From Nitrosopumilus sp. (lineage in GTDB: Archaea; Thermoproteota; Nitrososphaeria; Nitrososphaerales; Nitrosopumilaceae), in assembly GCA_965203315.1 (NCBI GenBank), contig OZ241857.1:1696001-1760000 (forward strand): a stretch of 64,000 nucleotides of DNA, written 5' to 3'. Shown here piece after piece: positions 1-9,712 of the stretch; the stretch's first letter is position 1; the number at the start of each line of letters is the position of its first letter. The notes beneath the pieces are model-generated. The model did no database searches and had not been told where the DNA came from. It was given only the letters and a program-made list of their open reading frames with translations. A program made the position numbers and the translations under genes.

Positions 1-2
1 TA

Positions 3-347
3 ATGACTTCCTATGATACTAGTCATGCAGTGTTACATTGGTTTGATAGCAGTAAGAAGAATCTTACACGTGCCATTGACATGGGTTTTTTTATATCGTT
101 TAGTCCGGTACTACTCTATGCTAACGATAAGCAAGTTCTCCTTTCACACGCAGATCAATCCAAGGTTCTTGTAGAGACAGACGGCCCTGTAAGATTTTCA
201 CACTGTTTCGAGATGAAGATGGCACAACCAATCTTTATCCCAAGCTTGATCTTTTGCGCATCTAAAATAATGGATATGTCTTTTGATGATATGGCATTAA
301 CCCTAGAAAGTAATTTTAGATCATTTTTAAATATAGATCATATGTGA
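3..347 (+). CDS. tatD: TatD-family hydrolase, C-terminal part (5' end outside window)
   Basis: VLHWF, G-FISFS and LVETDGP motifs typical of the TatD C-terminal half. Confidence 0.8.
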   Translation: MTSYDTSHAVLHWFDSSKKNLTRAIDMGFFISFSPVLLYANDKQVLLSHADQSKVLVETDGPVRFSHCFEMKMAQPIFIPSLIFCASKIMDMSFDDMALTLESNFRSFLNIDHM

Positions 348-820
348 TGGACATATTGATAGTTTGATCGCGTTCTAAAGTATTATCCATTTATGATATT
401 TTCTATGACGATCAAAGATTCCTTTATCTAAATATGTATTGAGATCAGTAGAGACTTGATTGATTCTTAATATTAAAAAATTAAATGTCATCACACTATG
501 TCCATAGCCAATTCGTGTAATTAGTGACTAATATCGTGGTCACTCTAAATGAGTTCAAATATGGAGTGTGTGTTGATCAACTGTTTGCTACTCATATGCT
601 AGAAATTATGCATATTGTGAAACACTCAAAATAATTCAGAATCACTGATCTAGTTACACGTCTAGTGTGTTACAAAATTAGTAGTCAATGCATGAGTTGT
701 AGGCTAGTTTGTGATATGTCATGGCGTAGAACAAATCTTGGATTGTGTGGATAGATTTTGCCGATGTGCTGTCTCGATTTATTCTATAGATATAAAATAC
801 CCTCAGTTGTCATCAAAAGA

Positions 821-1348
821 GTGAACAGAATAAAGAGTCTCTCAGATAAGGTACTTGAGGAACACAAGTCCAAGTTTGGTGCCAATTTTACTGACAACAA
901 AAAAGCGTTGAATGAGATCACTACTATACGCTCTAAAAGTTTAAAGAATCAAATCGCAGGTTATATTACTAGATTTACCAAGAAAGAGATTCGTGACATA
1001 AAGTCTAAACAAGCTCGATTTATCGCAGAGTCTAAAAAATCGATCAAGCCAGAACGTCCATCTGAGCCTAAATTTCAATCCGACGTTGGTGATATCATCA
1101 AACCCGCCGAGTCTACTACCAAACCAACCGAGACCACAGAACCCACAGCTACCAAACCCGCCGAGTCTACTACCAAACCAACCGAGACCACAGAACCCAC
1201 AGCTACCAAACCAACCGAGACCACAGAACCCACAGCTACCAAACCAACCGAGACCACAGAACCCACAGCTACCAAACCCGCCGAGTCTACTACCAAACCA
1301 ACCGAGACCACAGAACATTCACAAACAGCTTCTTCTGCACATACTTAG
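821..1348 (+). CDS. rps17e: 30S ribosomal protein S17e with long repetitive Thr/Pro/Glu C-terminal tail
   Basis: F..NKK...I.SK.LKNQIAGYITR S17e signature; GTG at 821 preferred over the ORF-track TTG at 758. Confidence 0.9.
   Translation: MNRIKSLSDKVLEEHKSKFGANFTDNKKALNEITTIRSKSLKNQIAGYITRFTKKEIRDIKSKQARFIAESKKSIKPERPSEPKFQSDVGDIIKPAESTTKPTETTEPTATKPAESTTKPTETTEPTATKPTETTEPTATKPTETTEPTATKPAESTTKPTETTEHSQTASSAHT
1100..1315 (+). repeat. Coding tandem repeat of 21-bp (KPAESTT, A) and 33-bp (KPTETTEPTAT, B) units, order A-B-A-B-B-B-A-B(partial)
   Basis: Exact nucleotide repeats read from the sequence. Confidence 0.95.
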
Positions 1349-1383
1349 TACATTATAATTTGTCTATTTTCTTTAAACAGTGA

Positions 1384-2157
1384 ATGGTTACGATAAAATT
1401 TATTGGTGGCGCAAAAAAATCATTTGATCAAACTCAGTTGAGTATAGACGAATTTGTAGTAGATATCAGAGATCTATTAACAACTCTTAACAAACTCAAA
1501 TTGGATGACACTCCTTACATAGATACAACAAACTATCTGATTGCCGTCAACGGTATTGACTCATCAGCAATTAGTGGCATTGATACCCAACTGAAACAAG
1601 ATGACATTATCAGCATAATCCCCATAATTCATGGTGGCGATTCCAAAAAACTTCAATTCAAGTTGTTGGGAAGAACTATTCAGCTTGTTGAGGTTAGAGG
1701 TGACCGCAAGTTTACTGTAGATTTCTTTGATGATCTAAGAAGGCGATACCCAAAACTAAGACTTCAAGCAATATCCAGCACCTATATTCTAAATCTCTCT
1801 CATCTGAGAAAGATTCTAAATCTCTCTTTTATACACGAACGGAGAGATACGCTTCTTGCCAAGAGATTGGAGACTGATGTTTTACTACGTTTTGCAATAA
1901 CAACTCAGATATCTGAGGCGATCAAAACTGTTGGCATCAAACCAAACAAAGACTTCTTTATCATTGGAATTGGACCTAAATCACTGTTAGATTCATTGTA
2001 TGTTGAACTATTGCCTAATCTGACAACTCCATTAACAAAGGACAACACTAGCACTCTAAAGAAGAACTTTGGTATCTCAAAGAGATATATCGATACAATC
2101 GATACGGATACTCCTCTTGAAGACATTCTAGCAGAGAAGGCAGCTGTTCTATTCTGA
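1384..2157 (+). CDS. MoaD/ThiS ubiquitin-like domain fused to a KEOPS Cgi121-like domain
   Basis: N-terminal beta-grasp ending IIPIIHGG; C-terminal LETDVLLRFAITTQISEAIK resembles Cgi121; next to Sua5 and THUMP genes. Confidence 0.75.
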   Translation: MVTIKFIGGAKKSFDQTQLSIDEFVVDIRDLLTTLNKLKLDDTPYIDTTNYLIAVNGIDSSAISGIDTQLKQDDIISIIPIIHGGDSKKLQFKLLGRTIQLVEVRGDRKFTVDFFDDLRRRYPKLRLQAISSTYILNLSHLRKILNLSFIHERRDTLLAKRLETDVLLRFAITTQISEAIKTVGIKPNKDFFIIGIGPKSLLDSLYVELLPNLTTPLTKDNTSTLKKNFGISKRYIDTIDTDTPLEDILAEKAAVLF

Positions 2158-2670
2158 CATATTGATCTTTGTCTTTGTAATGCTTAGTATGTCGGCAGGT
2201 CTTAAAATTGATACGCCCGTCTGTTTACCGAGTATCTCGACAAGAATAATCTTGTCCGGTAGTTCTAACGATACTTTGTTCTTTACATCGCTAGCAATCT
2301 TTGTGATCAGATCTCTACTCGACATATCGGAATTCCGTTTTTCAACAGTTATTCTATATGTTTCAGATTCACAAATATTTCCTGACAAAGACGATGCTGC
2401 TGCTACTATCTCTTGTATTGTGCTGGTCACTAGCTTTTGTACAGGAATGATTCGTAGACAGTATCGTACGCTCCACGGCTCTTCGATCAACCTTGATCTG
2501 ATCTCTTGAACCACATATATTGGATCTATACTTGTATCTACAGTTATTATTCCCGACATTTCTGTTTGTGTTGTAGTACATGAATGATCGCCCATATCTG
2601 ATAAAAAACTCTCTATCTCTTCACAAGCCTCTATCTCTAGATGTCTAGCACATGTAACTATAAGATTCAT
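2149..2670 (-). CDS. THUMP-domain RNA-binding protein
   Basis: TYRITVEKRNS...KVSLELPDKIILVEILG THUMP pattern. Confidence 0.85.
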   Translation of the reverse strand: MNLIVTCARHLEIEACEEIESFLSDMGDHSCTTTQTEMSGIITVDTSIDPIYVVQEIRSRLIEEPWSVRYCLRIIPVQKLVTSTIQEIVAAASSLSGNICESETYRITVEKRNSDMSSRDLITKIASDVKNKVSLELPDKIILVEILGKQTGVSILRPADILSITKTKINMSE

Positions 2671-3263
2671 CTGTCTGACACCTCGTCTCTACTGATTGCG
2701 CCCTCTCGTACAATCTTTACTGCTCCCGCATCTATCTCTATGATCGTCGACTCTTTACCACCTCCCGTTATGCCTCCATCTACAAATACATCACATCTTT
2801 TAGCAATGGAACATAGATTAGGATCAGTGACGGATTTACTGCCTGATAGATTTGCACTTGTTCCTACAAGAGATTTACATCCTGCTAATATCTCAAGTAT
2901 GCATCTATTATTTGGAACTCGTAGTGCAATCTTGTCTTCAAGTTTTAACGATCTCTTTATCTCTTGATCTTTAACCTCTAGTATTATGGTCAAGGCACCA
3001 GGCCAAAACTTTTCGGCCAACTTTAAGGCAGTCTTGTCAAAGTATCCTATCTCTTGAGCAACTTGAATAGAATGAACTAGGATTGGAAATGGTTTTTTCA
3101 TGTCTCGTGATTTTATATCATATATCTTGGCTACTGATTTACTAACATATGGGCTACATCCTATCCCATATATGGTGTCGGTTGGAAATATTACAATACC
3201 GCCATGCTTGATCGTCTCAACTGCACTCTTTACTCCCAGAGCATCGCATCTAACTTTTAACAC
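2667..3263 (-). CDS. tsaC: L-threonylcarbamoyladenylate synthase (Sua5/TsaC)
   Basis: FPTDTIYG, K.R...KP, FWPGALT and TSANLSG motifs. Confidence 0.92.
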   Translation of the reverse strand: MLKVRCDALGVKSAVETIKHGGIVIFPTDTIYGIGCSPYVSKSVAKIYDIKSRDMKKPFPILVHSIQVAQEIGYFDKTALKLAEKFWPGALTIILEVKDQEIKRSLKLEDKIALRVPNNRCILEILAGCKSLVGTSANLSGSKSVTDPNLCSIAKRCDVFVDGGITGGGKESTIIEIDAGAVKIVREGAISRDEVSDR

Positions 3264-3387
3264 ATATTCGTTATGCTGTCTGGTTAATTATCACTTTTGT
3301 TGCGTATTTGGAATGATCACTTGTATGCGCAATACATGGTGTTTATGTACAACTAGATCTAATTTGAGAAGATGAATATTATGAGAT

Positions 3388-3675
3388 CTAGATGTTTAAT
3401 CCAAAATCTTCAGCAAATTTGGTAAAGTTGTGATATTCTTGAAGAAACTCTCTTCCAGAACTACTAATCTTATACTTGTTTGATCCATATGATGTATCTT
3501 GCTCCAAGAGACCCTGTTCTACCAAAGTCTTTAGTATCCTCGATATTCTCGAATGAGATATGTTTGCCTTTCGAATGAGATATGTTACAGAGGTTCCATC
3601 TTCATCCTGCTGATCGTCACGTGTAGTTGACAGTATGTCCCCAATGATCTTTATGTGTGTCCTGTACTCGGCCAT
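3388..3675 (-). CDS. Winged-helix DNA-binding protein
   Basis: YR...II.DIL...LIRKANIS...L...GLL...Y.I...GREFL archaeal wHTH pattern. Confidence 0.8.
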   Translation of the reverse strand: MAEYRTHIKIIGDILSTTRDDQQDEDGTSVTYLIRKANISHSRISRILKTLVEQGLLEQDTSYGSNKYKISSSGREFLQEYHNFTKFAEDFGLNI

Positions 3676-3782
3676 CTCTATCTGCTCCTTACAATCTATG
3701 TATGATATTGTGATGGTATCTTGAAATACACAAAAAAGATAAAAGAAATTGACTTAATGTCTAGGTTCCCCAAGATTTGTGC

Positions 3783-4433
3783 CTAATCTTGTTTATCAAA
3801 GTCTTCATCGAACTTTATCTTCATCAAAGGTACTCGACTGACCGGAATAAACAACAGTATCAGACCTATGATCTTGATCATGATCGACACGCTATCTAGG
3901 ACAAGTTCGGGGAAGACAAAAGCATACCATCCCAAGAACTCGCCTAGCGCCAAAAGCCCCAATCCGGCGGCGACTAGGATCGCACCTTTGTTCCTATTAT
4001 CTATATGTGATAACAACGTCTCGATCGCCCCATACGCAAGTAGGATAAACGAGATCGATCTAAAGAGATGCTCCAATTGAATCGTTGATACCACGAACAG
4101 CGGTAAAATCACTATCGATCTAAAGTATGATGTCTTTGGAAAGAATGACTTTATGCTATGTGAGAATGCAATGAAAAAATATCCGATGGTCTGAATCGCG
4201 ATCCCAAGAGTCTGAACCCATCGTTCTATGTCTCCTGATTTTATTATGAGCTCATCTACCAAATAGCCCATCCATATCACAAAGAATCCACTACTTATTG
4301 AAAAGAACGCTATAGATAATCGAAAGAGCGTTGGACTACCTGTATTTCTAAAACCGATGAGCGACATCGTTCCTATACTCAAACCTACCAAAAATCCAAT
4401 TAGATTTAGAATACTCTCTAGTATGATCTCCAA
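3783..4433 (-). CDS. Multi-pass membrane protein, function unknown
   Basis: About 7 hydrophobic segments. Confidence 0.7.
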   Translation of the reverse strand: MEIILESILNLIGFLVGLSIGTMSLIGFRNTGSPTLFRLSIAFFSISSGFFVIWMGYLVDELIIKSGDIERWVQTLGIAIQTIGYFFIAFSHSIKSFFPKTSYFRSIVILPLFVVSTIQLEHLFRSISFILLAYGAIETLLSHIDNRNKGAILVAAGLGLLALGEFLGWYAFVFPELVLDSVSIMIKIIGLILLFIPVSRVPLMKIKFDEDFDKQD

Positions 4434-4478
4434 CTATCTAATCAAGATGCATTCTACTAGTTATTTTTATCTAATGTA

Positions 4479-4688
4479 TTATTCCCATTCGTCGAGTGAT
4501 CCGGTCTGTTGACTCTTTGTGTCTCCTGTATAATCTCCCAATATGTCCGAGTAGACAGGTTCGTTATGTGCAACAAATTTTACATACTCTCCATAACTCA
4601 TCTCTAGATCACACGAGTCACACTTGACCAGTGAAAAGTCCATAGTCAATTCAGCACTACTCTTACATTGAGGACACTTTATCTTCAA
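4479..4688 (-). CDS. Small zinc-ribbon protein
   Basis: CPQC...CDSC; start uncertain (TTG at 4688; ORF extends to 4733). Confidence 0.6.
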   Translation of the reverse strand: MKIKCPQCKSSAELTMDFSLVKCDSCDLEMSYGEYVKFVAHNEPVYSDILGDYTGDTKSQQTGSLDEWE

Positions 4689-4736
4689 TGTATTGTAGTT
4701 GTAGATGTTCTCTATTATTGGTTTGTGATACAAGAT

Positions 4737-4851
4737 GGATCTTTTCGATTTGCGTGAGATGAATGATTACAGAAAAAGCACACAAGATTCTATAAGGGAA
4801 AATTAGAAAAAAGCCTTGCGAAATGTCATCCCACATAAGCCGAAAAGATCC
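4737..4851 (+). mobile_element. MITE family A copy 1, with 8-bp target-site duplication TACAAGAT
   Basis: Imperfect ~25-bp TIRs GGATCTTTTCG.../...CGAAAAGATCC; TACAAGAT at 4729-4736 and 4852-4859. Confidence 0.85.
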
Positions 4852-5235
4852 TACAAGATATCTAACAATTTGAGATGTTACGTACCGAATACACTACACC
4901 ATGTTCTAACATTCAGTACCACGTGCAGAATTGTAGCCACTACAAACGAAACATGACTAACGCACTGGAATTGTTATGATTGTGTAGATACCATGTAATG
5001 TTCAAATCTACACGGAAGACTCTTCTCGGATCAATGCTGGGTTTGGATATCGTCTGGTTTGGTTTGTTCTTGTGTGGTGTCTATGTCTCTTGAACTCAAC
5101 GATCTTGTATGTTTACCATCAAGATCGTATCTAGTTGAAATAGATTGGAAGGATCAACAGTAGACTAGATGCATATGGACTCGGCGTTACAATCTTGTCA
5201 ACAAATAAAAGGCTACTCTGTTGAGCCATTTTAGA

Positions 5236-5523
5236 ATGAGTCGTTTGTGCACAAAGTGCAAAGATCAGATCCCTGACGAAACCCAACTAGATGTAGTTGC
5301 TCAAAAATACCCTGTATGTAACAAATGCTGGGAAGAGTGGAAAGAGTACCGTGTAATGGTGATCAACGAGATGCGCCTTGATATGTCTATGGCAGATCAC
5401 CGAAAACTACTCAAAAAACACGAAAAGATATTTGCTGGCGTGATGTCTCCTGATGGTCAAGTGATCGATTATACCAATGAAGACAATCGGAACCCTGATG
5501 AGCCCAAACCTTTAGAGTCCTAG
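5236..5523 (+). CDS. Fe(II)-trafficking / oxidative-damage-protection protein (YggX-like)
   Basis: C.KCWEEW...MVINEMRLDM...RKLL pattern. Confidence 0.7.
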   Translation: MSRLCTKCKDQIPDETQLDVVAQKYPVCNKCWEEWKEYRVMVINEMRLDMSMADHRKLLKKHEKIFAGVMSPDGQVIDYTNEDNRNPDEPKPLES

Positions 5524-5973
5524 CATTCTCTTTGCGTTATCTGGAATGATCATCATCAATACTCGTATCTTACTATCATCTAATTCATCTATTATCTCTC
5601 TAACTGTATGTGCTAGTACATTCTGTTCTTCTTCTCTCAGATTTAGATAGATCTCTAAAATTCCATCTAGATTGAACTCGATCAACTTTTGTGGGTTTAG
5701 TGTAGCTACCGATATGTACGCAGAAAAGATCTCATGCCGTTGCTCTTCTGTAAATGTAGCTAGTATCTCGAGCCATGTACTAAACAGTTTGGCAAAGTTT
5801 GGAAAAGGAATGGTTGGTCCTGCATCGAATGCGTTGTATATTATCTCACTCTGTTCTGTTGGCGGTAATCCAAAGAACTCGATCATGCGTTTCTTTAGAA
5901 TTGGTCTTCTCAAAAAGTCTGGTAGGCTTGCTAGATTTACAATAATATTTCCCGCAAAGTTCTCATGTGACAT
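5512..5973 (-). CDS. Hypothetical protein
   Basis: Full-length ORF with native-looking composition. Confidence 0.65.
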   Translation of the reverse strand: MSHENFAGNIIVNLASLPDFLRRPILKKRMIEFFGLPPTEQSEIIYNAFDAGPTIPFPNFAKLFSTWLEILATFTEEQRHEIFSAYISVATLNPQKLIEFNLDGILEIYLNLREEEQNVLAHTVREIIDELDDSKIRVLMMIIPDNAKRMLGL

Positions 5974-6038
5974 ATTTTAGATATTTGTTCTTGAGTATAA
6001 AATCATAGCAATTATTGGCTGTAATTATGATCAGTGTA

Positions 6039-7223
6039 TCAGTCAATCAGATTCTTGTTCTCTTCAGTTGTAATCCTTTGTTCCAATCTATCTTCTAGTG
6101 GAATCTCTACAAGGTCTCCCATCCTTAGATTCTTCAAACCGGCTGCAACTGCTTTTGCTCCTTCCTGATCATTATCTAAACCTAATAATGACATCAGATA
6201 TGCTGCTCCTGTCTTGCCTGCAAGCTCACCAAACACTATTCTTCTTCTATTTCCTACAGTTCGTGGAGGTATGGGCTCATACGCTGCAGGATTTCGAAGT
6301 ATTGCTGCCAAGTGTGTTCCTGCCTTGTGCTTGTACGCCGATGCTCCAACTATTGGTTTAGAATCATACGGTGCTATTGATGTATAACTCTCTATAAGTC
6401 TAGAGAGATCTAGTAACATATCTAATCTAAAGTCATTTGGTGATTTGTAGAGATATGTGAGTGCGACAGATACTTCAGCCAGCGAAGGTATTCCTGTTCT
6501 CTCTCCGATGCCATCAATAGTGGTATGAATCTGATCGACTCCTGCATCACATGCTGCAAATGCATTTGCAAGTGCAAATCCGATATCATTATGAACATGA
6601 GCGTCTAGTGGTACATTAATTGCATCTCTCACTCGTCTTACAAAGTTGTACATACCAATCGGTCTCATTATTCCAACTGTATCTGGAAGACTGATTCGAT
6701 CAACTCCTGCTGACTCTATCTCGCGGCATATCTCTAGAAGAAATTCTGGTTCTGCTCTACTTCCATCCTCTACCGTAAATCTGATCTTTAAGCCATGAGA
6801 TTTGGCATACTCGACTGTCTCTACTGCACGTCTTAATGCCTCTTGTTTTGTTATGCGTAATTTATCTTTTAGATGAATATCTGATACTCCTAGATATGCT
6901 GCACACCACTGTGCATCACAATCTAGTGATACATCGATATCTTGTTTCAACGCACGTCCGTGCGAGACGATATCTGCTCTTAATCCTTGTTTGATGATGG
7001 TCTTTGTTGCCTTGCGATGATCTTCTGATACGATGGGGGATATCTCGATCTGATCTACTCCGAAATAGTCTAACATCCACGCTATCTGTATACGCTGCTT
7101 GTTTGTAAAAGAGACTCCTGGATGTTGTTCACCCTCGCGTAGAGTGCTGTCTAGCACACTGATCTTCTTTGGGTTCTCTTCGTATGCATTGTACATATCA
7201 GCATAGTAGTTTGGATGTGTCAT
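6039..7223 (-). CDS. Homocitrate synthase / isopropylmalate-synthase family enzyme
   Basis: DSTLREGEQ, PDTVG, HVHND.G, GIGERTG; located in the lysine cluster. Confidence 0.88.
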   Translation of the reverse strand: MTHPNYYADMYNAYEENPKKISVLDSTLREGEQHPGVSFTNKQRIQIAWMLDYFGVDQIEISPIVSEDHRKATKTIIKQGLRADIVSHGRALKQDIDVSLDCDAQWCAAYLGVSDIHLKDKLRITKQEALRRAVETVEYAKSHGLKIRFTVEDGSRAEPEFLLEICREIESAGVDRISLPDTVGIMRPIGMYNFVRRVRDAINVPLDAHVHNDIGFALANAFAACDAGVDQIHTTIDGIGERTGIPSLAEVSVALTYLYKSPNDFRLDMLLDLSRLIESYTSIAPYDSKPIVGASAYKHKAGTHLAAILRNPAAYEPIPPRTVGNRRRIVFGELAGKTGAAYLMSLLGLDNDQEGAKAVAAGLKNLRMGDLVEIPLEDRLEQRITTEENKNLID

Positions 7224-7277
7224 TGACTAAACATTGTTTGATATTGATCTTATAAACATATTCGTACTAGTTTCGTC

Positions 7278-7330
7278 CAAAAAACACACATTTGATCCGA
7301 AAATAGACAAAAAACACACATTTTGATCCG
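7278..7330. repeat. Direct repeat CAAAAAACACACATTT(T)GATCCG x2, period 30, upstream of homocitrate synthase
   Basis: Copies at 7278-7299 and 7308-7330. Confidence 0.8.
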
Positions 7331-7337
7331 GTTATCG

Positions 7338-7751
7338 TCACAAGACTTTATTCAAGATTATGACGGTATTTGTATCGATGACTCCTTTGATCTTTCGTAG
7401 CGCATCTATACTAGTGTTTATCTCTGCAACACTTGGAGCACCAACTATGGTCGCAATGTCGTATTGGCCAGTAATCTCGTATACTGTGTTTACTCCATCT
7501 ATCTCTGCAAGTTTTACAGAGACTTGGGAAGTATCGATAGATGAGTCGACCGATATCAATACTATTGCACTGGTGATTCCTTGATCTCCCATCTCGATCG
7601 TAAACTTTTTGATGACTCCTCCATCGACCAAACACTTTACTCTACGCCGTACTGCTCCATCTGAGAGCTTCATCTTTTTTCCAATATCCTTGTATGACTC
7701 TCTGGCATTCTCTTTGAGGTATCCTATTATCTCTTCATCTATGCTAGGCAC
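7338..7751 (-). CDS. lysM: Lrp/AsnC-family regulator (LysM-like)
   Basis: HTH ENAR.SY..IG...LS.GAVRRRV; YEITGQYD; in lys operon. Confidence 0.82.
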   Translation of the reverse strand: MPSIDEEIIGYLKENARESYKDIGKKMKLSDGAVRRRVKCLVDGGVIKKFTIEMGDQGITSAIVLISVDSSIDTSQVSVKLAEIDGVNTVYEITGQYDIATIVGAPSVAEINTSIDALRKIKGVIDTNTVIILNKVL

Positions 7752-8913
7752 GTTTTTTGGCCTCCTCTTCTAATACTTTATCTAGTATATCTAGAACTTT
7801 TGTGATGTCTCTGCGTGATATGAGTAGTGGTGGTAGAATTCGCAGTATGTTTCTACCAGAGTATAACATGAGCACGCCCTGTTTCAAGAGTTCATCTAGT
7901 ATGTTTCGTATATCAAATCTCATCTCAATACCTATCATCAATCCTTTACCGCGAACCTCTCTGATCATTGTATGTTTTGTTTTGAGTCTCTCCAAACCTT
8001 CAATGAATATCTGCCCCATCTCTTTTGCATTATCTATCATTCCTCCCGTTAGTTCATCAAGGACTGCTGATCCAGCTGCACATGATATGGGATTTCCTCC
8101 AAATGTGGACGAGTGCTCTCCCTTGTTCATAGTGGCAAGTATCTCTGGTCTGACTAGTGTCGCGCCCATTGGAATTCCTCCTGCAATTCCTTTTGCAAGG
8201 CACATAATATCTGGTCTAGTGTTCCAATGATCACATGCCCACAAACTTCCTGTTCTGCCTAGACCAGCTTGTATCTCATCAAATATCAACACAATACCTC
8301 GTTCATCACAGAGACGTCTAACATCTGACAAAAAGTTTGGAGGTGCAACATGAATTCCACTCTCTCCTTGAATTGGTTCTAGAATTACCAGTGCAGTGTC
8401 GTCATCTATTGTAGCACGCAATGACTCAATATCTCCAAACGTCGCAAACGCAACTCTCTCAACTAGTGGCTCAAACGGCTTACGATACTTTGGATTAAAT
8501 GTAAGTGATAATGCTCCAAATGACTTGCCATGGTATGATCCCTTCATGGCCACCATTCCCTTCTTTCCAGTAAACTTTCTTGCAAACTTTATTGCTGCCT
8601 CGATTGACTCTGCTCCGCTGTTGTTCAAATGTACCTGAGTCAGGCCTTCTGGCGCAAGACTGGTGAGTTTCTTTAAAAACTCTTCTCGTGTCTTGTTGTA
8701 TAGCGAACTATGAACAGTAATGATCTTGTCGAGTTGTTTACGAATCGCAGTATTTACATTATTGTTCTGGTGCCCAACTAGGGCTACTCCATATCCTCCC
8801 ATACAGTCGATATACTCTCGCCCATCTGTATCCCACACATGTGCTCCTTGTCCTCGTTCAATCGTGACTGGAAATCGTTGATACAGATTTCCCATAAATT
8901 GATCTTCACTCAT
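7744..8913 (-). CDS. lysJ: [LysW]-aminoadipate-semialdehyde/glutamate-semialdehyde transaminase
   Basis: Class III aminotransferase motifs NSGAE, EPIQGE, FDEIQAG, AKG. Confidence 0.9.
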   Translation of the reverse strand: MSEDQFMGNLYQRFPVTIERGQGAHVWDTDGREYIDCMGGYGVALVGHQNNNVNTAIRKQLDKIITVHSSLYNKTREEFLKKLTSLAPEGLTQVHLNNSGAESIEAAIKFARKFTGKKGMVAMKGSYHGKSFGALSLTFNPKYRKPFEPLVERVAFATFGDIESLRATIDDDTALVILEPIQGESGIHVAPPNFLSDVRRLCDERGIVLIFDEIQAGLGRTGSLWACDHWNTRPDIMCLAKGIAGGIPMGATLVRPEILATMNKGEHSSTFGGNPISCAAGSAVLDELTGGMIDNAKEMGQIFIEGLERLKTKHTMIREVRGKGLMIGIEMRFDIRNILDELLKQGVLMLYSGRNILRILPPLLISRRDITKVLDILDKVLEEEAKKRA

Positions 8914-9710
8914 CTCTTGATCACCGTACATCCTCTATGTGCTATTGCAGATGAAACAGGATCAACACGTTGTCCGTTTGCGATCAGCACTTCTCCAACT
9001 CCCATCTCTAGAGACTCGATCGATGCTAATATCTTCTTCTCCATTCCTGGTCCGATCTTGGGTCTGATCTCTTTTGCTGCATCTAGTGTCAACTCTGATA
9101 CAACTTTATCATCCATCAATAGCCCATCAACATTTGTGATAAATAATACCTTATCTGATTTGACACTTGCTGCTACATATGCGGCAGCTCTATCTCCATC
9201 TATGTTGAGTAGTTCAAACTCTTCACTCATTGCGATGGGTGAGATGACTGGAACTAGTCCTTTTGATAAAAGTAATCTTATAAACTCTGAATTTACCTCT
9301 CTTATCTTTCCAGTATATCCTCCATCGATTGCTTGTTTTCTACCCTTTTCATTTACGATCAACAATCTCTTCTTTCTATCTGCTCTGATGAGTTTGGCAT
9401 CGACGCCAGAGATCCCCACCGCATTAATGCCACTCTTTTGCAGCATCTGAACAATAATCTTGTTGATCTTGCCTGACATGACCATTGTAAAGATCTCTGC
9501 TGTCTCTTTATCGGTATATCTGCTCTTTATTCCGCTAGGCGATGTAACGAATTTGGGTTCTTTACCTAGCTGTTCACATAGATGTGAAACCTCTTTTCCC
9601 CCACCATGAACTAGAATCAATCCTTCTTTCTTGGAGATATTTTTAATGTCTTCTATAAAGGACTCGTGTAGATCATCGACCACACTCCCTCCTATCTTTA
9701 TCGTGATCAT
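8910..9710 (-). CDS. lysZ: [LysW]-aminoadipate/glutamate kinase
   Basis: IKIGG, VHGGG, NIDGD motifs. Confidence 0.9.
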   Translation of the reverse strand: MITIKIGGSVVDDLHESFIEDIKNISKKEGLILVHGGGKEVSHLCEQLGKEPKFVTSPSGIKSRYTDKETAEIFTMVMSGKINKIIVQMLQKSGINAVGISGVDAKLIRADRKKRLLIVNEKGRKQAIDGGYTGKIREVNSEFIRLLLSKGLVPVISPIAMSEEFELLNIDGDRAAAYVAASVKSDKVLFITNVDGLLMDDKVVSELTLDAAKEIRPKIGPGMEKKILASIESLEMGVGEVLIANGQRVDPVSSAIAHRGCTVIKR

Positions 9711-9712
9711 GT

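Noticed and set aside
349-502. GGACATA...TATGTCC bounded segment as a MITE
   Set aside because: Inverted repeat only 7-9 bp, with no TSD or second copy
941-1358. Alternative-frame repetitive ORFs over the S17e tail (likewise 37017-37417 over the AT-hook repeats)
   Set aside because: Shadow frames kept open by the tandem repeats
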